This document shows positions 48,796-57,072 of a DNA stretch of 61,499 nucleotides, piece after piece. Position numbers and translations under genes: made by a program. The notes under the pieces were generated by a model that saw only the letters and a program-made list of their open reading frames with translations, had not been told where the DNA came from and did not search any database. Within the stretch, counting starts at the first letter, position 1, and each line of letters begins with the position of its first letter. Source of the DNA: an uncultured Candidatus Peribacteria bacterium (GTDB taxonomy: Bacteria; Patescibacteriota; Gracilibacteria; Peribacterales; Peribacteraceae); NCBI GenBank assembly GCA_964508225.1, contig CAZDRX010000002.1, positions 9,592-71,090 on the forward strand. Direction: 5' to 3'.

Positions 48796-51273
48796 ATGCT
48801 TTCAATGAGCTTATTTAAAAGAGGAAGACACAAAAGGCCTAAAAAGCAAAAGAAGGTGCAGCTAGATGAAATAGCTCAAATTGGAGATATGATTATTGCT
48901 AGAAAGGGGAAAGAAGTATTCATGCAAAGCGTAAGGCAAAAGGGGGAACATGAACGAATAAAGGCACAGTTCATTGCTGATTATCCATCAATATGTGCGG
49001 AAATTGATGCCTCTATCAGTCGAATAAAAGAGTTAGTGCATTCAATGGAGCCACTTCAGCTTCTACACTGTAGTTATTTTAGTTTTGCAGTTGCCATGAT
49101 GGATAAGCCATCTGAATTCCAAATGGGAACCAATGAAGTTATGCTTGCTCGAATGCTTGACTACATTCAGGCAGTAATCGTCAGCATTCCGCCTTTAGTA
49201 GAATACCCAAAGTTCGATCAGTCTCGTTGGGATGAATTATCCAAAGAAGTATCGAAGCTTTATGGCGAATTAATGTCTAAATTTTTCATTGCTCAAACAT
49301 TTAAACTGAGTACCGAAGATTCTAGATTTGATAATGAAGAATATTCAGAAGTATTTCATCAATCTCAATCACTAAGGCTCACGGTTAGAGGTGATCGCTA
49401 TGTTTACCACGAAGTTCAACACTTTAAGGATTTTTTAACTCCACATGACGCTGTTTTGCGAGAGCTATTCAATGTAACAGCTGAGGATTTGGTTCAGGGT
49501 TTTTCCCAAATTCTTTCATCATTAACTGTTGGGGTTCAAAAATCATTTGATGATTTGTTTGAGTTGCAACAGAGATCAGTTGATGCAACTGAGGAAAAGC
49601 TAAAGACCGAAAGGGATTTGCCAGAAGATGTTGGTGCATTGCTGAGATCTGCAGTGGATGCCGACCCTGAATTGAAAGCCCTGGCTGATTCTTTTAAAGG
49701 TAAGTTCTTTGAATTAGATCTTTTTGATTTGCAGAAAGTAACTTCTCTTCCATCCAATGTTCTAGATGCTCTTTCTCTGTCTGCTGGTGCAAACCCTGAA
49801 TTCAATCAGGGTGAATATGCTGGATGGCCACTCAAAGAATTACCTACAAGAGTTCATCCATTCTTGAAAATTAATAATAAATATTATTGTTTTGATATGT
49901 ATGGTCTTGCCGACAATCTTTATCGCGGAATCGAAAATGCAATAATGAAACTTAAGCCGGAGTACAGAGTGACTTGGAATAAACTACAGCAAGAGATTAC
50001 AGAAGAGACTGCCCTCACATTATTTAGAAGAGCTTTACCTGAGGCTTGGAGCCAAAAGAATCTTTATATTAAGATAAAGGAAGGAGTGTTCGAAGAAATT
50101 GCAGATGGATTGGTAATCTTTGATGGACATTTGATTGTGATTCAAGTTAAAGCAGGCAAATTTACTTGGACTGCACCAACAACGGATTTCGATGCTTATA
50201 TCACATCATTAAAAACATTAATTGAGGCTCCTGCGCGACAGGGTGAAAGACTAATAAAATTAGTAGAAGAAAATCCCGAAGTTCCTTTGTTTGATATCCA
50301 TGGAAACTTAGTACATACAATTCGTTCTTGTGAAATTAAGCACATGTCAGTGTGCTCACTCACAATGGAGAATATCAATGAATATGCAGCCCGATCAGAT
50401 AAGCTGAAAGGCTTGGGAATTAGCATTGAAGATATACCATTATGGGCACTCTCATTTGATGATTTAAGGGTTTATGTCGACATTATTGATAACCCTTTAA
50501 TCTTTATACATTTTTTAGAATTAAGAGTTCGTGCAGCAGTTGCTAAAGCCGTGAAGATGACCGATGAATTAGATCATCTAGGACTCTATTTATCGACAAA
50601 TAATTATATTCAAGTTGCTGAGGATATGGGTGGTGGGCAGCCGAATACTCACACCGCATTTTTTGGGTATAGAGAAAAAATTGATGAATATTTTGCCAAT
50701 CTGCAGTTTGACCCAGCGAGTGCAGTAAAGCCAAAACAGGACTTGCCTCAACGATTACAAGAAATTATTGACGTATTAGAAGCTAAAAAAATCAAAGACA
50801 GAACATTCTTAGCTTCTTTTCTCCTGAATGGAGGATCAGAATTAAGAAAGGATATCGATGATGGAATAAAGGTATGTCTTGAAAGAAGTAAATTCAGGGG
50901 TGTTGTTGTTCCAATGAGCTTATTCGGCTCCGATTGTCAGGTCACGTTTAACTGCATTAGACCCGATGTTGCTCAGCCATCAGAGCAGGAGTTAAAAGAA
51001 AAGTTGTATATCACTCTTATTAGTGCCGAAGAAAAAGAGAGATTAATGGTTAATCTGTATTTCGATATGGAGCTAAAAATTACCGATGTAAAGTTTGAAA
51101 CGCTAAAAATAAGTGATTTGAACGATGAACAGCTAGTTGCTATGAAAATTGAAACTGAGAAAGCAAAAGTCAAAAGAGTTTCGTTTCATAAACGAGAGTA
51201 TGGCAAGATCGGCAGAAATGATCTCTGTCCATGTGGTAGTGGGAAAAAGTACAAGAAATGCTGTGGGCGCTAA
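48796..51273 (+). CDS. Large hypothetical protein with a C-terminal SEC-C metal-binding motif and a possible NERD/PD-(D/E)xK-like core
   Basis: 825 aa, ending GRNDLCPCGSGKKYKKCCGR (SEC-C motif). The central IADGLVIFDGHLIVIQVKAGKF resembles the NERD nuclease-fold strand pattern with Q in place of E. A perfect TATAAT (48792-48797) overlaps the first ATG, so ATG 48805 may be the real, leaderless start. Confidence 0.7.
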   Translation: MLSMSLFKRGRHKRPKKQKKVQLDEIAQIGDMIIARKGKEVFMQSVRQKGEHERIKAQFIADYPSICAEIDASISRIKELVHSMEPLQLLHCSYFSFAVAMMDKPSEFQMGTNEVMLARMLDYIQAVIVSIPPLVEYPKFDQSRWDELSKEVSKLYGELMSKFFIAQTFKLSTEDSRFDNEEYSEVFHQSQSLRLTVRGDRYVYHEVQHFKDFLTPHDAVLRELFNVTAEDLVQGFSQILSSLTVGVQKSFDDLFELQQRSVDATEEKLKTERDLPEDVGALLRSAVDADPELKALADSFKGKFFELDLFDLQKVTSLPSNVLDALSLSAGANPEFNQGEYAGWPLKELPTRVHPFLKINNKYYCFDMYGLADNLYRGIENAIMKLKPEYRVTWNKLQQEITEETALTLFRRALPEAWSQKNLYIKIKEGVFEEIADGLVIFDGHLIVIQVKAGKFTWTAPTTDFDAYITSLKTLIEAPARQGERLIKLVEENPEVPLFDIHGNLVHTIRSCEIKHMSVCSLTMENINEYAARSDKLKGLGISIEDIPLWALSFDDLRVYVDIIDNPLIFIHFLELRVRAAVAKAVKMTDELDHLGLYLSTNNYIQVAEDMGGGQPNTHTAFFGYREKIDEYFANLQFDPASAVKPKQDLPQRLQEIIDVLEAKKIKDRTFLASFLLNGGSELRKDIDDGIKVCLERSKFRGVVVPMSLFGSDCQVTFNCIRPDVAQPSEQELKEKLYITLISAEEKERLMVNLYFDMELKITDVKFETLKISDLNDEQLVAMKIETEKAKVKRVSFHKREYGKIGRNDLCPCGSGKKYKKCCGR

Positions 51274-51383
51274 AACAAACCTAAACTTCCGAACTTGGAG
51301 TTAACCCCAACATAAAGCCATGAATGCCATTCGAAGCTAAAAATGCACCAATATGACAAAAACCCGCTTTCGAACTTTTTCAA

Positions 51384-51410
51384 AACGGCCTATAAGGCCG
51401 TTATTCTCTA
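51384..51410 (+). terminator. Intrinsic terminator after the SEC-C gene
   Basis: AACGGCC-TATAA-GGCCGTT followed by ATTCTCT. Confidence 0.5.
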
Positions 51411-51454
51411 TAAAATCGCAATTCTGTGCGTTTGAATTTCGGTGAATTCCCGAA

Positions 51455-51861
51455 TGGTGGAGATGCCGGGAGTTGAACCCGGGTCCAACGTGTACGCCGA
51501 AGGTCCATACGATCATGTTCCTTTCGTTTTCTCATCCCGTCAGGAAGGAACAAAGAGAGGGAGAGAGATGTGACGCAGTATTCGGGATCAACGTCGCGTC
51601 ACGCGATGATCCAACCTCGCTAGTGACGCCACTCCAATCCAGCGAGGATCAAGAGGGTAGCGTGGTCCGAATTGAATCAGACCTTAGGCATAGGCCGGAG
51701 CCAGCCTTGCCGAAAGATCGGCAAAGATGTTCTCGAGAGCCTTAGCCATTGTGCTGGTTTTGGCAGCTATAGTTGCTCAGCGTGGGTAACGGGTACAGAG
51801 AGCAAACCCGGATCGAGACACAAGCGACGCAGATTCACGCTGTCGAAAGCCTGTCATCCCC
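51455..51861 (-). ncRNA. ssrA: tmRNA (transfer-messenger RNA)
   Basis: Minus-strand 5' end is GGGGATGACAGGCTTTCGACAGCG. The 3' end is GGACCCGGGTTCAACTCCCGGCATCTCCACCA (T-arm plus acceptor plus CCA). The internal tag ORF ends ...LAPAYA-TAA. Confidence 0.9.
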
Positions 51862-51899
51862 AAAAGAGAAAAGCGGAGATGTGAGAGAGCAGAGTGATC

Positions 51900-51908
51900 A
51901 TTATAGCA
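51900..51908 (-). promoter_or_regulatory. Extended -10 promoter (TGCTATAAT) for ssrA
   Basis: The reverse complement of attatagca gives TGCTATAAT. It lies about 38 nt upstream of the mature tmRNA 5' end, consistent with a processed leader. Confidence 0.45.
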
Positions 51909-51920
51909 CGATCAGGCGCC

Positions 51921-52301
51921 CTAGAGGACGTGTTTCATCGCCCAGTTCACGAAGCCGAGCACGGTGCTCACGATCACCCAGCCCGTGATGCCGTCCGTGA
52001 CGGTCATGATGACGATGTTCGGATCCATGCGGATCACCACGATGTAGACGATGCCGAGGAAGACCGCGTTCACGCAGATCGTGGTGAGCAGGGAGAAGAG
52101 CAGGTGCAGCGGGAACGTCAGCAGCGAGAGGATCGGCCGGAGAAACAGGTTCAGAAGCGTCAGGAGCGAGCCGATGATCACGTACGCAGGCAGCCCGCCG
52201 AACACCGTGAAGGACGACGGGAAATAGACGTGCATGCCCCACACGGTCACGATGTTGAGGATCGCTTTCACCGCCAGACGGAGAGGTGCGGACTTGATCA
52301 T
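51921..52301 (-). CDS. Phage_holin_4_2 / DUF360 (YvlD-like) small membrane protein
   Basis: 126 aa, 4 TM helices. LLNLFLRPILSLLTFPLHLLFSLLTTICVNAVFL matches the family's RP.L..LT.P...LT.GLF..v.NA core. Confidence 0.5.
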   Translation of the reverse strand: MIKSAPLRLAVKAILNIVTVWGMHVYFPSSFTVFGGLPAYVIIGSLLTLLNLFLRPILSLLTFPLHLLFSLLTTICVNAVFLGIVYIVVIRMDPNIVIMTVTDGITGWVIVSTVLGFVNWAMKHVL

Positions 52302-52417
52302 GTTCCCTGCATCCTACCACCCCCGGTGTTAACCTTATTTGACATCCCCCTCCTTTCTGGGACAATCGCAAGGCCGTTGATCTTTTTTTGTTTCCGTTCT
52401 CCTGCGAGGAGGTTCCT

Positions 52418-52657
52418 ATGGTTCGACTGTTGTCGGCGTTCGCATGCGTGTGCGGACTCCCGACAGCCCTTCTCCTGATGTGGACGATCGTCTGCATCAT
52501 GCGTTACGTGGCTTGTCGGTGGATGAAGAGTCCAAGACTGCCTGCATGGAAGGAGCTTCTGGAGAGAGCGATCGTTCTCTCCGGGCTCATGCTGTTCGCC
52601 ACCCTCTTTTGGGCGGCGATTGCCTTCGGGGCATACAAAATAGGTCTGCCTTGGTAG
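52418..52657 (+). CDS. Small hypothetical membrane protein
   Basis: 79 aa counted from MVRLLSAFACVCGL, with two hydrophobic helices. Weak evidence only. Confidence 0.3.
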   Translation: MVRLLSAFACVCGLPTALLLMWTIVCIMRYVACRWMKSPRLPAWKELLERAIVLSGLMLFATLFWAAIAFGAYKIGLPW

Positions 52658-52703
52658 ACCAACCCAGCGGTACCACCCGAGCAGGATGCTCGGGTTCTTT
52701 TGG

Positions 52704-55700
52704 TTATGCCTTCTTCTCGAAGCGCACGCCCACGGTGGCGCCTCCCACATCGATGTCCGCAGATGCGCCCTTGTTCTCCTCCAGCACGCCGCGCGTTTCT
52801 TCCAGCACGAGCGCGCCGTGCGTTTCCATGATCTTCTCCGCGCCGTTGAGCGCGATCCTGATGGTGTCACCGAACTCGAGCCCCGCGTCTTTGCGCATCT
52901 GCTGGATGCCGTGCACGAGCTCTCTGGCCTGACCCTCCAGCGTGAGCGCATCCGTGAGCTTGGAGTCCAGACTGACGACGATGCCGCGGCTTGCGGCCAC
53001 GGCCTGACCTTCCTTGGACTGATAGATGATCTTGGCCTCGTCCGCTGTGAATTCCTCGCCCATGATGAGGATCTTCCCGTCTTTTTCCTCGAATTGCCCC
53101 GCTTTGCCCGCCTTGATCACTTCCTGCACTTTGCCGCCGAGACGCTTGCCGGTCTTGCGGGCGTCCACCATGACGATCGCCGATGCCATCGCGTTCGCAT
53201 CCGGAATCGCGATGACCTGCTTCACGTTCAGTTCTTCGGCGATGAGATCGCTCACCACACCTTCCGTATCGGAGGGCGGGAGCGCGTAGCTGACGGACTG
53301 CAGCGGCTGGCGGACTTTGGCCTTCGCGTCACTGCGCAGTGACAGACCGAGCGTCACCACCGTGCGGGTGTTGTCCATGAGCGTGAGGAGCTTCCTCTCG
53401 TCGGCCGTGAGCTCGCGCTGCGCCGGCCAGTCCGTGAAGTGCACGGAGTCGTGATCGGCGGCGACGAGATTCAGGTAGATGTCCTCCGCGATGAACGGAC
53501 AGAACGGCGCGAGGAGCTGCGTGAGCGTGAGGAGCACGCGGTAGAGCGTGTCGAAGGCTTCGGTCTGACCCTCCTCTTTGCCGGAGAGACGGCGGCGGCT
53601 CTGACGGACGTACCAGTTCGTGAGGTCGTCGATCGAGTCCGCGATCTCCGCGCACGTGGCCGAGAGGTCGTAGCCGTCGAGTTCCTTCGTCACGCGGTTC
53701 ACGAGATCCTGCGTCTTGGCCACGATCCAGAGATCGAGCTGATGACGGCTCTGTGCGTTCTTCAGCGACGAATCGATGCTCGGCTTCCAGTCCACCGTAT
53801 TCGCCGTGGTCACGAAGAGGCGGTAGGCATTCCAGAGGGGGAGCAGCACCGACCTCACCACTTCCGTCACGAGCTTCTCGGAGAAGCGCAGATCCTCGCC
53901 TCTGACCGCGGGTGAGCCCATGAGCGCGAAGCGCACCGCGTCGGCGCCGTGCTTCTTCACGATCTCGGTGGGTTCCGGATAGTTCTTGAGGCGCTTGCTC
54001 ATCTTCTTGCCGTCTTCGGCCAGCACGATGCCGTTCACGATGCAGTGCTTGAAGGCGGGGCAGTGGAAGAGCGCGGTACTGAGCACCATCAACGTATAGA
54101 ACCAGCCGCGCGTCTGATCGAGCCCTTCCGCGATGAAGTCGGCGGGGAAGCCCGGGGGCGCTTTGCCCTGGTGCTCGAACGGGAAGTGTTCCTGCGCGTA
54201 GGGCATGGAACCGCTCTCGAACCAGCAGTCGAGCACGTCGCCGATGCGGCGCATCTGGGGCTTCAGGCTGAAGGTGAAGGCGTGCGCGTTCTTCGGCTCG
54301 ATCCGGAGCGCCTCGTCGTACGACATCGTGCCTGTGATCACGCTGAGCGCGCGGAGGAAACCGGAGTGAGCCACGACGAGGACGCGCTTGCCCGCGTATT
54401 CTTTGAGCAGCCAGTCGTGCGCGCGGCGGACTCTCGTCATGAACGCGTCGAACGATTCGCCGCCCTCGGGCGTCTGCTTCAGGAGCGCCGCGCCGCGGAT
54501 ATCTTTGGCGAGCTTGAGCTGCGTGCTCACATCCGTCATCGTCTGGCCCGTCCATGCCCCGAAGTCGCGTTCGCGGAGCACGTCGTAGTGGCCGGCGACC
54601 GTACTGCCGAGTTCCTTTGCGATGATGTCCGCGGTTTCCCGCGCGCGCTTCAGATCCGATGTCAGAATGACGTCGAACGACTTCTCCGTTTTGAGCTTCT
54701 CCGCGGCTTTCTTCGCCTGCGCCTTGCCCGTCTTGTTCAGCGGCATGTCCACGTTGGATCCCTGAATGATCGATTCCTTGTTCATATCCGTCTCGCCGTG
54801 GCGTACGAGGGTGAGATCCACGGATCCCTTGGCGGCGTCCGTGCCCCACTGCAGATCGTCCACCGTTTCCTTGTGCAGATCCATCTGCTTCTGGGTGGCG
54901 TGGTCGTAGTAGAAGGAGCGGTCGCTCGCTACCTCGGGGTACGGCTGGTTTACGATCTTCTGCGGCTCCTGACCCGTGAAGAGGTGCGTGAAGTTCATGA
55001 CGAGATCGGCGTGCGTGACGACCACGATGGCCTGACCTTTGTGTTTCTTCAGGACGTCGTCGAGGAACGCGCCGACGCGGAGATCGATGTTGCTCCACGT
55101 CTCCATGCCCTGAAAGTGGTAGATGCTCTCCACTTTTCCGCTCTCGAGCTTGTGTGCTCGGCGCTCGCGGATGAACGTGAGGTCGTCGAAGTCGATGTGC
55201 TTGCCTTCGTACTCGCCGAAGTTCACTTCCCTGAGGCGCTCGTCGATGAAGAGCTCGGCGCCGGTGGCTGCCGCCACGGCTTCGGCGGTCATTTTCGTCC
55301 GCAGAAGCGGCGAGCAGTAGATGGCGGATACCTTCACTTTCTCGCTTGCGGAAGCCACCCGCTTGCCCAGCTCCTTCGCCTGTTTCTGGCCATTCTCGGT
55401 GAGCGGAGTGCCCGGTTCCTTGCCTTGGTAGATCTTGTCCACGTTGCCCTGACTCTCGGCGTGCCGCGCGACGATAACCTTCGTGAAGCGGTCGGTGGTG
55501 TGCGCCATGAGGTCATCGCGCGAGCCGATCACTTCCACTTCGCCCGTCACGGAATTCTTCCAGATCGGGAGCGGCGTTCCCCAGAAGCGGTTACGGGAGA
55601 TCGCCCAGTCGCGCGCGCCTTCGAGCCACTTGCCGAAGCGTCCGTCCTTGATGTGCTCGGGAACCCACGACGTCTTCGCGTTGCTCTCGAGCATCTTCGC

Positions 55701-56963
55701 TTTGATCTTCTCCACCGCGACGAACCATGAACTCGTGGCGTAGTTGAGGAGCGGAGAGTCGCACCTCCAGCAGTGCGGGTAGCTGTGCATGAAGCTCTGG
55801 CTCGTGAAGAGTTTCCTATGATCCTTGAGCCATTTGGCGATGGCCTTGTCGCCGCTCTGGTGGTCATCTTTCGGCTTGGCGGAGAGTCCCGCAAAGTCTG
55901 TCACCGCCTTCTTGAACGTGCCGTCGATATCCACGTGCTGGAGGATCGCCACCTTCTCGCGCTGGCCGACTTGGAAGTCGTCATCGCCGTACCCCGGAGC
56001 GATGTGCACGATGCCCGTGCCGTCCGTCACCGTCACGAAGTCGCCTTCCACGATGCGGAACGCGGTGTCTTTGTACTGCTCCGCGTAGTAGGGGAAGAGC
56101 GGCGCGTACCTCTTGCCTGCGAGCGACTTGCCCGTGACCTCCTCCTTGATCTCGAATTCTTTTCCTTTGAAGACGGACTCCGCGAGATCCTTGGCGACGA
56201 TGAAGGTTTTTTTCTCGCAGCTGACCTTCGCGTACGTCACCTCGGGATGCACGGCGAGGAAGAGGTTGCCCGGGAGCGTCCAGCCCGTCGTCGTCCATGC
56301 GAGCACGAAGGTGTCGGCTTCGCCCTCGAGCGCGAACATCGCGGTGATGGAGTAGTCCTGGATGTCCTTGTAGCCCTGTGTGACTTCGAAGTTAGAAAGC
56401 GGCGTCTGGCAGCGCGGACACACGTGCATCGGCTTGTGACCCTCGTAGATGAGCCCTTGGCTGTGCAGCTGCTTGAACACCCACCAGATGCTCTCCATGT
56501 AATCCGGATCCATCGTGCGGTAATCCCAGTCCATGTCCACGAAGCGTCCGAGACGCTCGACGGTCGTCCTCCATTCATGGGTGTAGCGCTGCACGGCGGT
56601 GCGGCAGAGTGCATTGAAGTTGGCGACGCCGAGAGCCTCGATGTCCTTCTTGGACTTGAGGCCCTGCTCCTTCTCGATCTCATTCTCCACGGGGAGTCCG
56701 TGGCAGTCCCAGCCGAAACGGCGCTTCACATATTTGCCGCGCATCGTCTGGTAGCGGGGGATCACGTCTTTGATCGTGCCGGCGAGGATGTGTCCGTAGT
56801 GGGGGAGTCCGGTCGCGAACGGCGGACCGTCGTAGAAGCTGAAGACTTCGCCGTCTTTCCTCCGCGCGATCGATCGCTTGAAGACATCCTCTTCACGCCA
56901 ATACTTGAGGATCCCGAGTTCTAAATCCGGGAAGGATTGGCCGGCGTCGACGGGGTCGAACAT
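52704..56963 (-). CDS. ileS: Isoleucyl-tRNA synthetase with two inserted histidine-phosphatase (PGAM-like) domains
   Basis: 1419 aa. HIGH motif PHYGHIL, editing-domain WTTTGWTLPGN, KMSKS motif KKMSKRL. Residues about 495-668 (IVARHAES...SPLLRT...VVVTHADL) and about 716-898 (LVRHGETD...SDLKRARET...LVVAHSGF) are histidine-phosphatase signatures. Confidence 0.9.
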   Translation of the reverse strand: MFDPVDAGQSFPDLELGILKYWREEDVFKRSIARRKDGEVFSFYDGPPFATGLPHYGHILAGTIKDVIPRYQTMRGKYVKRRFGWDCHGLPVENEIEKEQGLKSKKDIEALGVANFNALCRTAVQRYTHEWRTTVERLGRFVDMDWDYRTMDPDYMESIWWVFKQLHSQGLIYEGHKPMHVCPRCQTPLSNFEVTQGYKDIQDYSITAMFALEGEADTFVLAWTTTGWTLPGNLFLAVHPEVTYAKVSCEKKTFIVAKDLAESVFKGKEFEIKEEVTGKSLAGKRYAPLFPYYAEQYKDTAFRIVEGDFVTVTDGTGIVHIAPGYGDDDFQVGQREKVAILQHVDIDGTFKKAVTDFAGLSAKPKDDHQSGDKAIAKWLKDHRKLFTSQSFMHSYPHCWRCDSPLLNYATSSWFVAVEKIKAKMLESNAKTSWVPEHIKDGRFGKWLEGARDWAISRNRFWGTPLPIWKNSVTGEVEVIGSRDDLMAHTTDRFTKVIVARHAESQGNVDKIYQGKEPGTPLTENGQKQAKELGKRVASASEKVKVSAIYCSPLLRTKMTAEAVAAATGAELFIDERLREVNFGEYEGKHIDFDDLTFIRERRAHKLESGKVESIYHFQGMETWSNIDLRVGAFLDDVLKKHKGQAIVVVTHADLVMNFTHLFTGQEPQKIVNQPYPEVASDRSFYYDHATQKQMDLHKETVDDLQWGTDAAKGSVDLTLVRHGETDMNKESIIQGSNVDMPLNKTGKAQAKKAAEKLKTEKSFDVILTSDLKRARETADIIAKELGSTVAGHYDVLRERDFGAWTGQTMTDVSTQLKLAKDIRGAALLKQTPEGGESFDAFMTRVRRAHDWLLKEYAGKRVLVVAHSGFLRALSVITGTMSYDEALRIEPKNAHAFTFSLKPQMRRIGDVLDCWFESGSMPYAQEHFPFEHQGKAPPGFPADFIAEGLDQTRGWFYTLMVLSTALFHCPAFKHCIVNGIVLAEDGKKMSKRLKNYPEPTEIVKKHGADAVRFALMGSPAVRGEDLRFSEKLVTEVVRSVLLPLWNAYRLFVTTANTVDWKPSIDSSLKNAQSRHQLDLWIVAKTQDLVNRVTKELDGYDLSATCAEIADSIDDLTNWYVRQSRRRLSGKEEGQTEAFDTLYRVLLTLTQLLAPFCPFIAEDIYLNLVAADHDSVHFTDWPAQRELTADERKLLTLMDNTRTVVTLGLSLRSDAKAKVRQPLQSVSYALPPSDTEGVVSDLIAEELNVKQVIAIPDANAMASAIVMVDARKTGKRLGGKVQEVIKAGKAGQFEEKDGKILIMGEEFTADEAKIIYQSKEGQAVAASRGIVVSLDSKLTDALTLEGQARELVHGIQQMRKDAGLEFGDTIRIALNGAEKIMETHGALVLEETRGVLEENKGASADIDVGGATVGVRFEKKA

Positions 56964-57035
56964 GGCGCAGAGTATAGTGGAAGACGAAGCCCGACGGAAC
57001 GCAGACTGAAGCCAGCTTCAGGCTGTCATGTTTGA

Positions 57036-57064
57036 TTGACATTTCCGCGTCCGGATCGTACGAT
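57036..57064 (+). promoter_or_regulatory. Sigma70-like promoter (TTGACA-N17-TACGAT) giving a leaderless or near-leaderless M20 peptidase mRNA
   Basis: TTGACA 57036-57041, 17-nt spacer, TACGAT 57059-57064. The ATG at 57073 is only 8 nt after the -10 box. Confidence 0.45.
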
Positions 57065-57072
57065 TCCGCACC

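Larger units (their letters stand above)
48566..51454. mobile_element. AT-rich single-gene genomic islet inserted next to the 3' end of ssrA (no integrase present)
   Basis: Abrupt drop in GC (high-30s % by eye against about 60% in the flanks). Bounded by the tmRNA 3' end (51455) and a tmRNA-3'-like fragment (48580-48616). A 10-nt direct repeat, TTCCGAACTT, brackets the ORF. Confidence 0.45.

Noticed and set aside
53329-55098. 589-aa same-strand alternative-frame ORF inside ileS
   Set aside because: The translation is Arg/Pro/Gly/His-rich. The ileS frame is continuous and conserved throughout, including through the inserted phosphatase domains.
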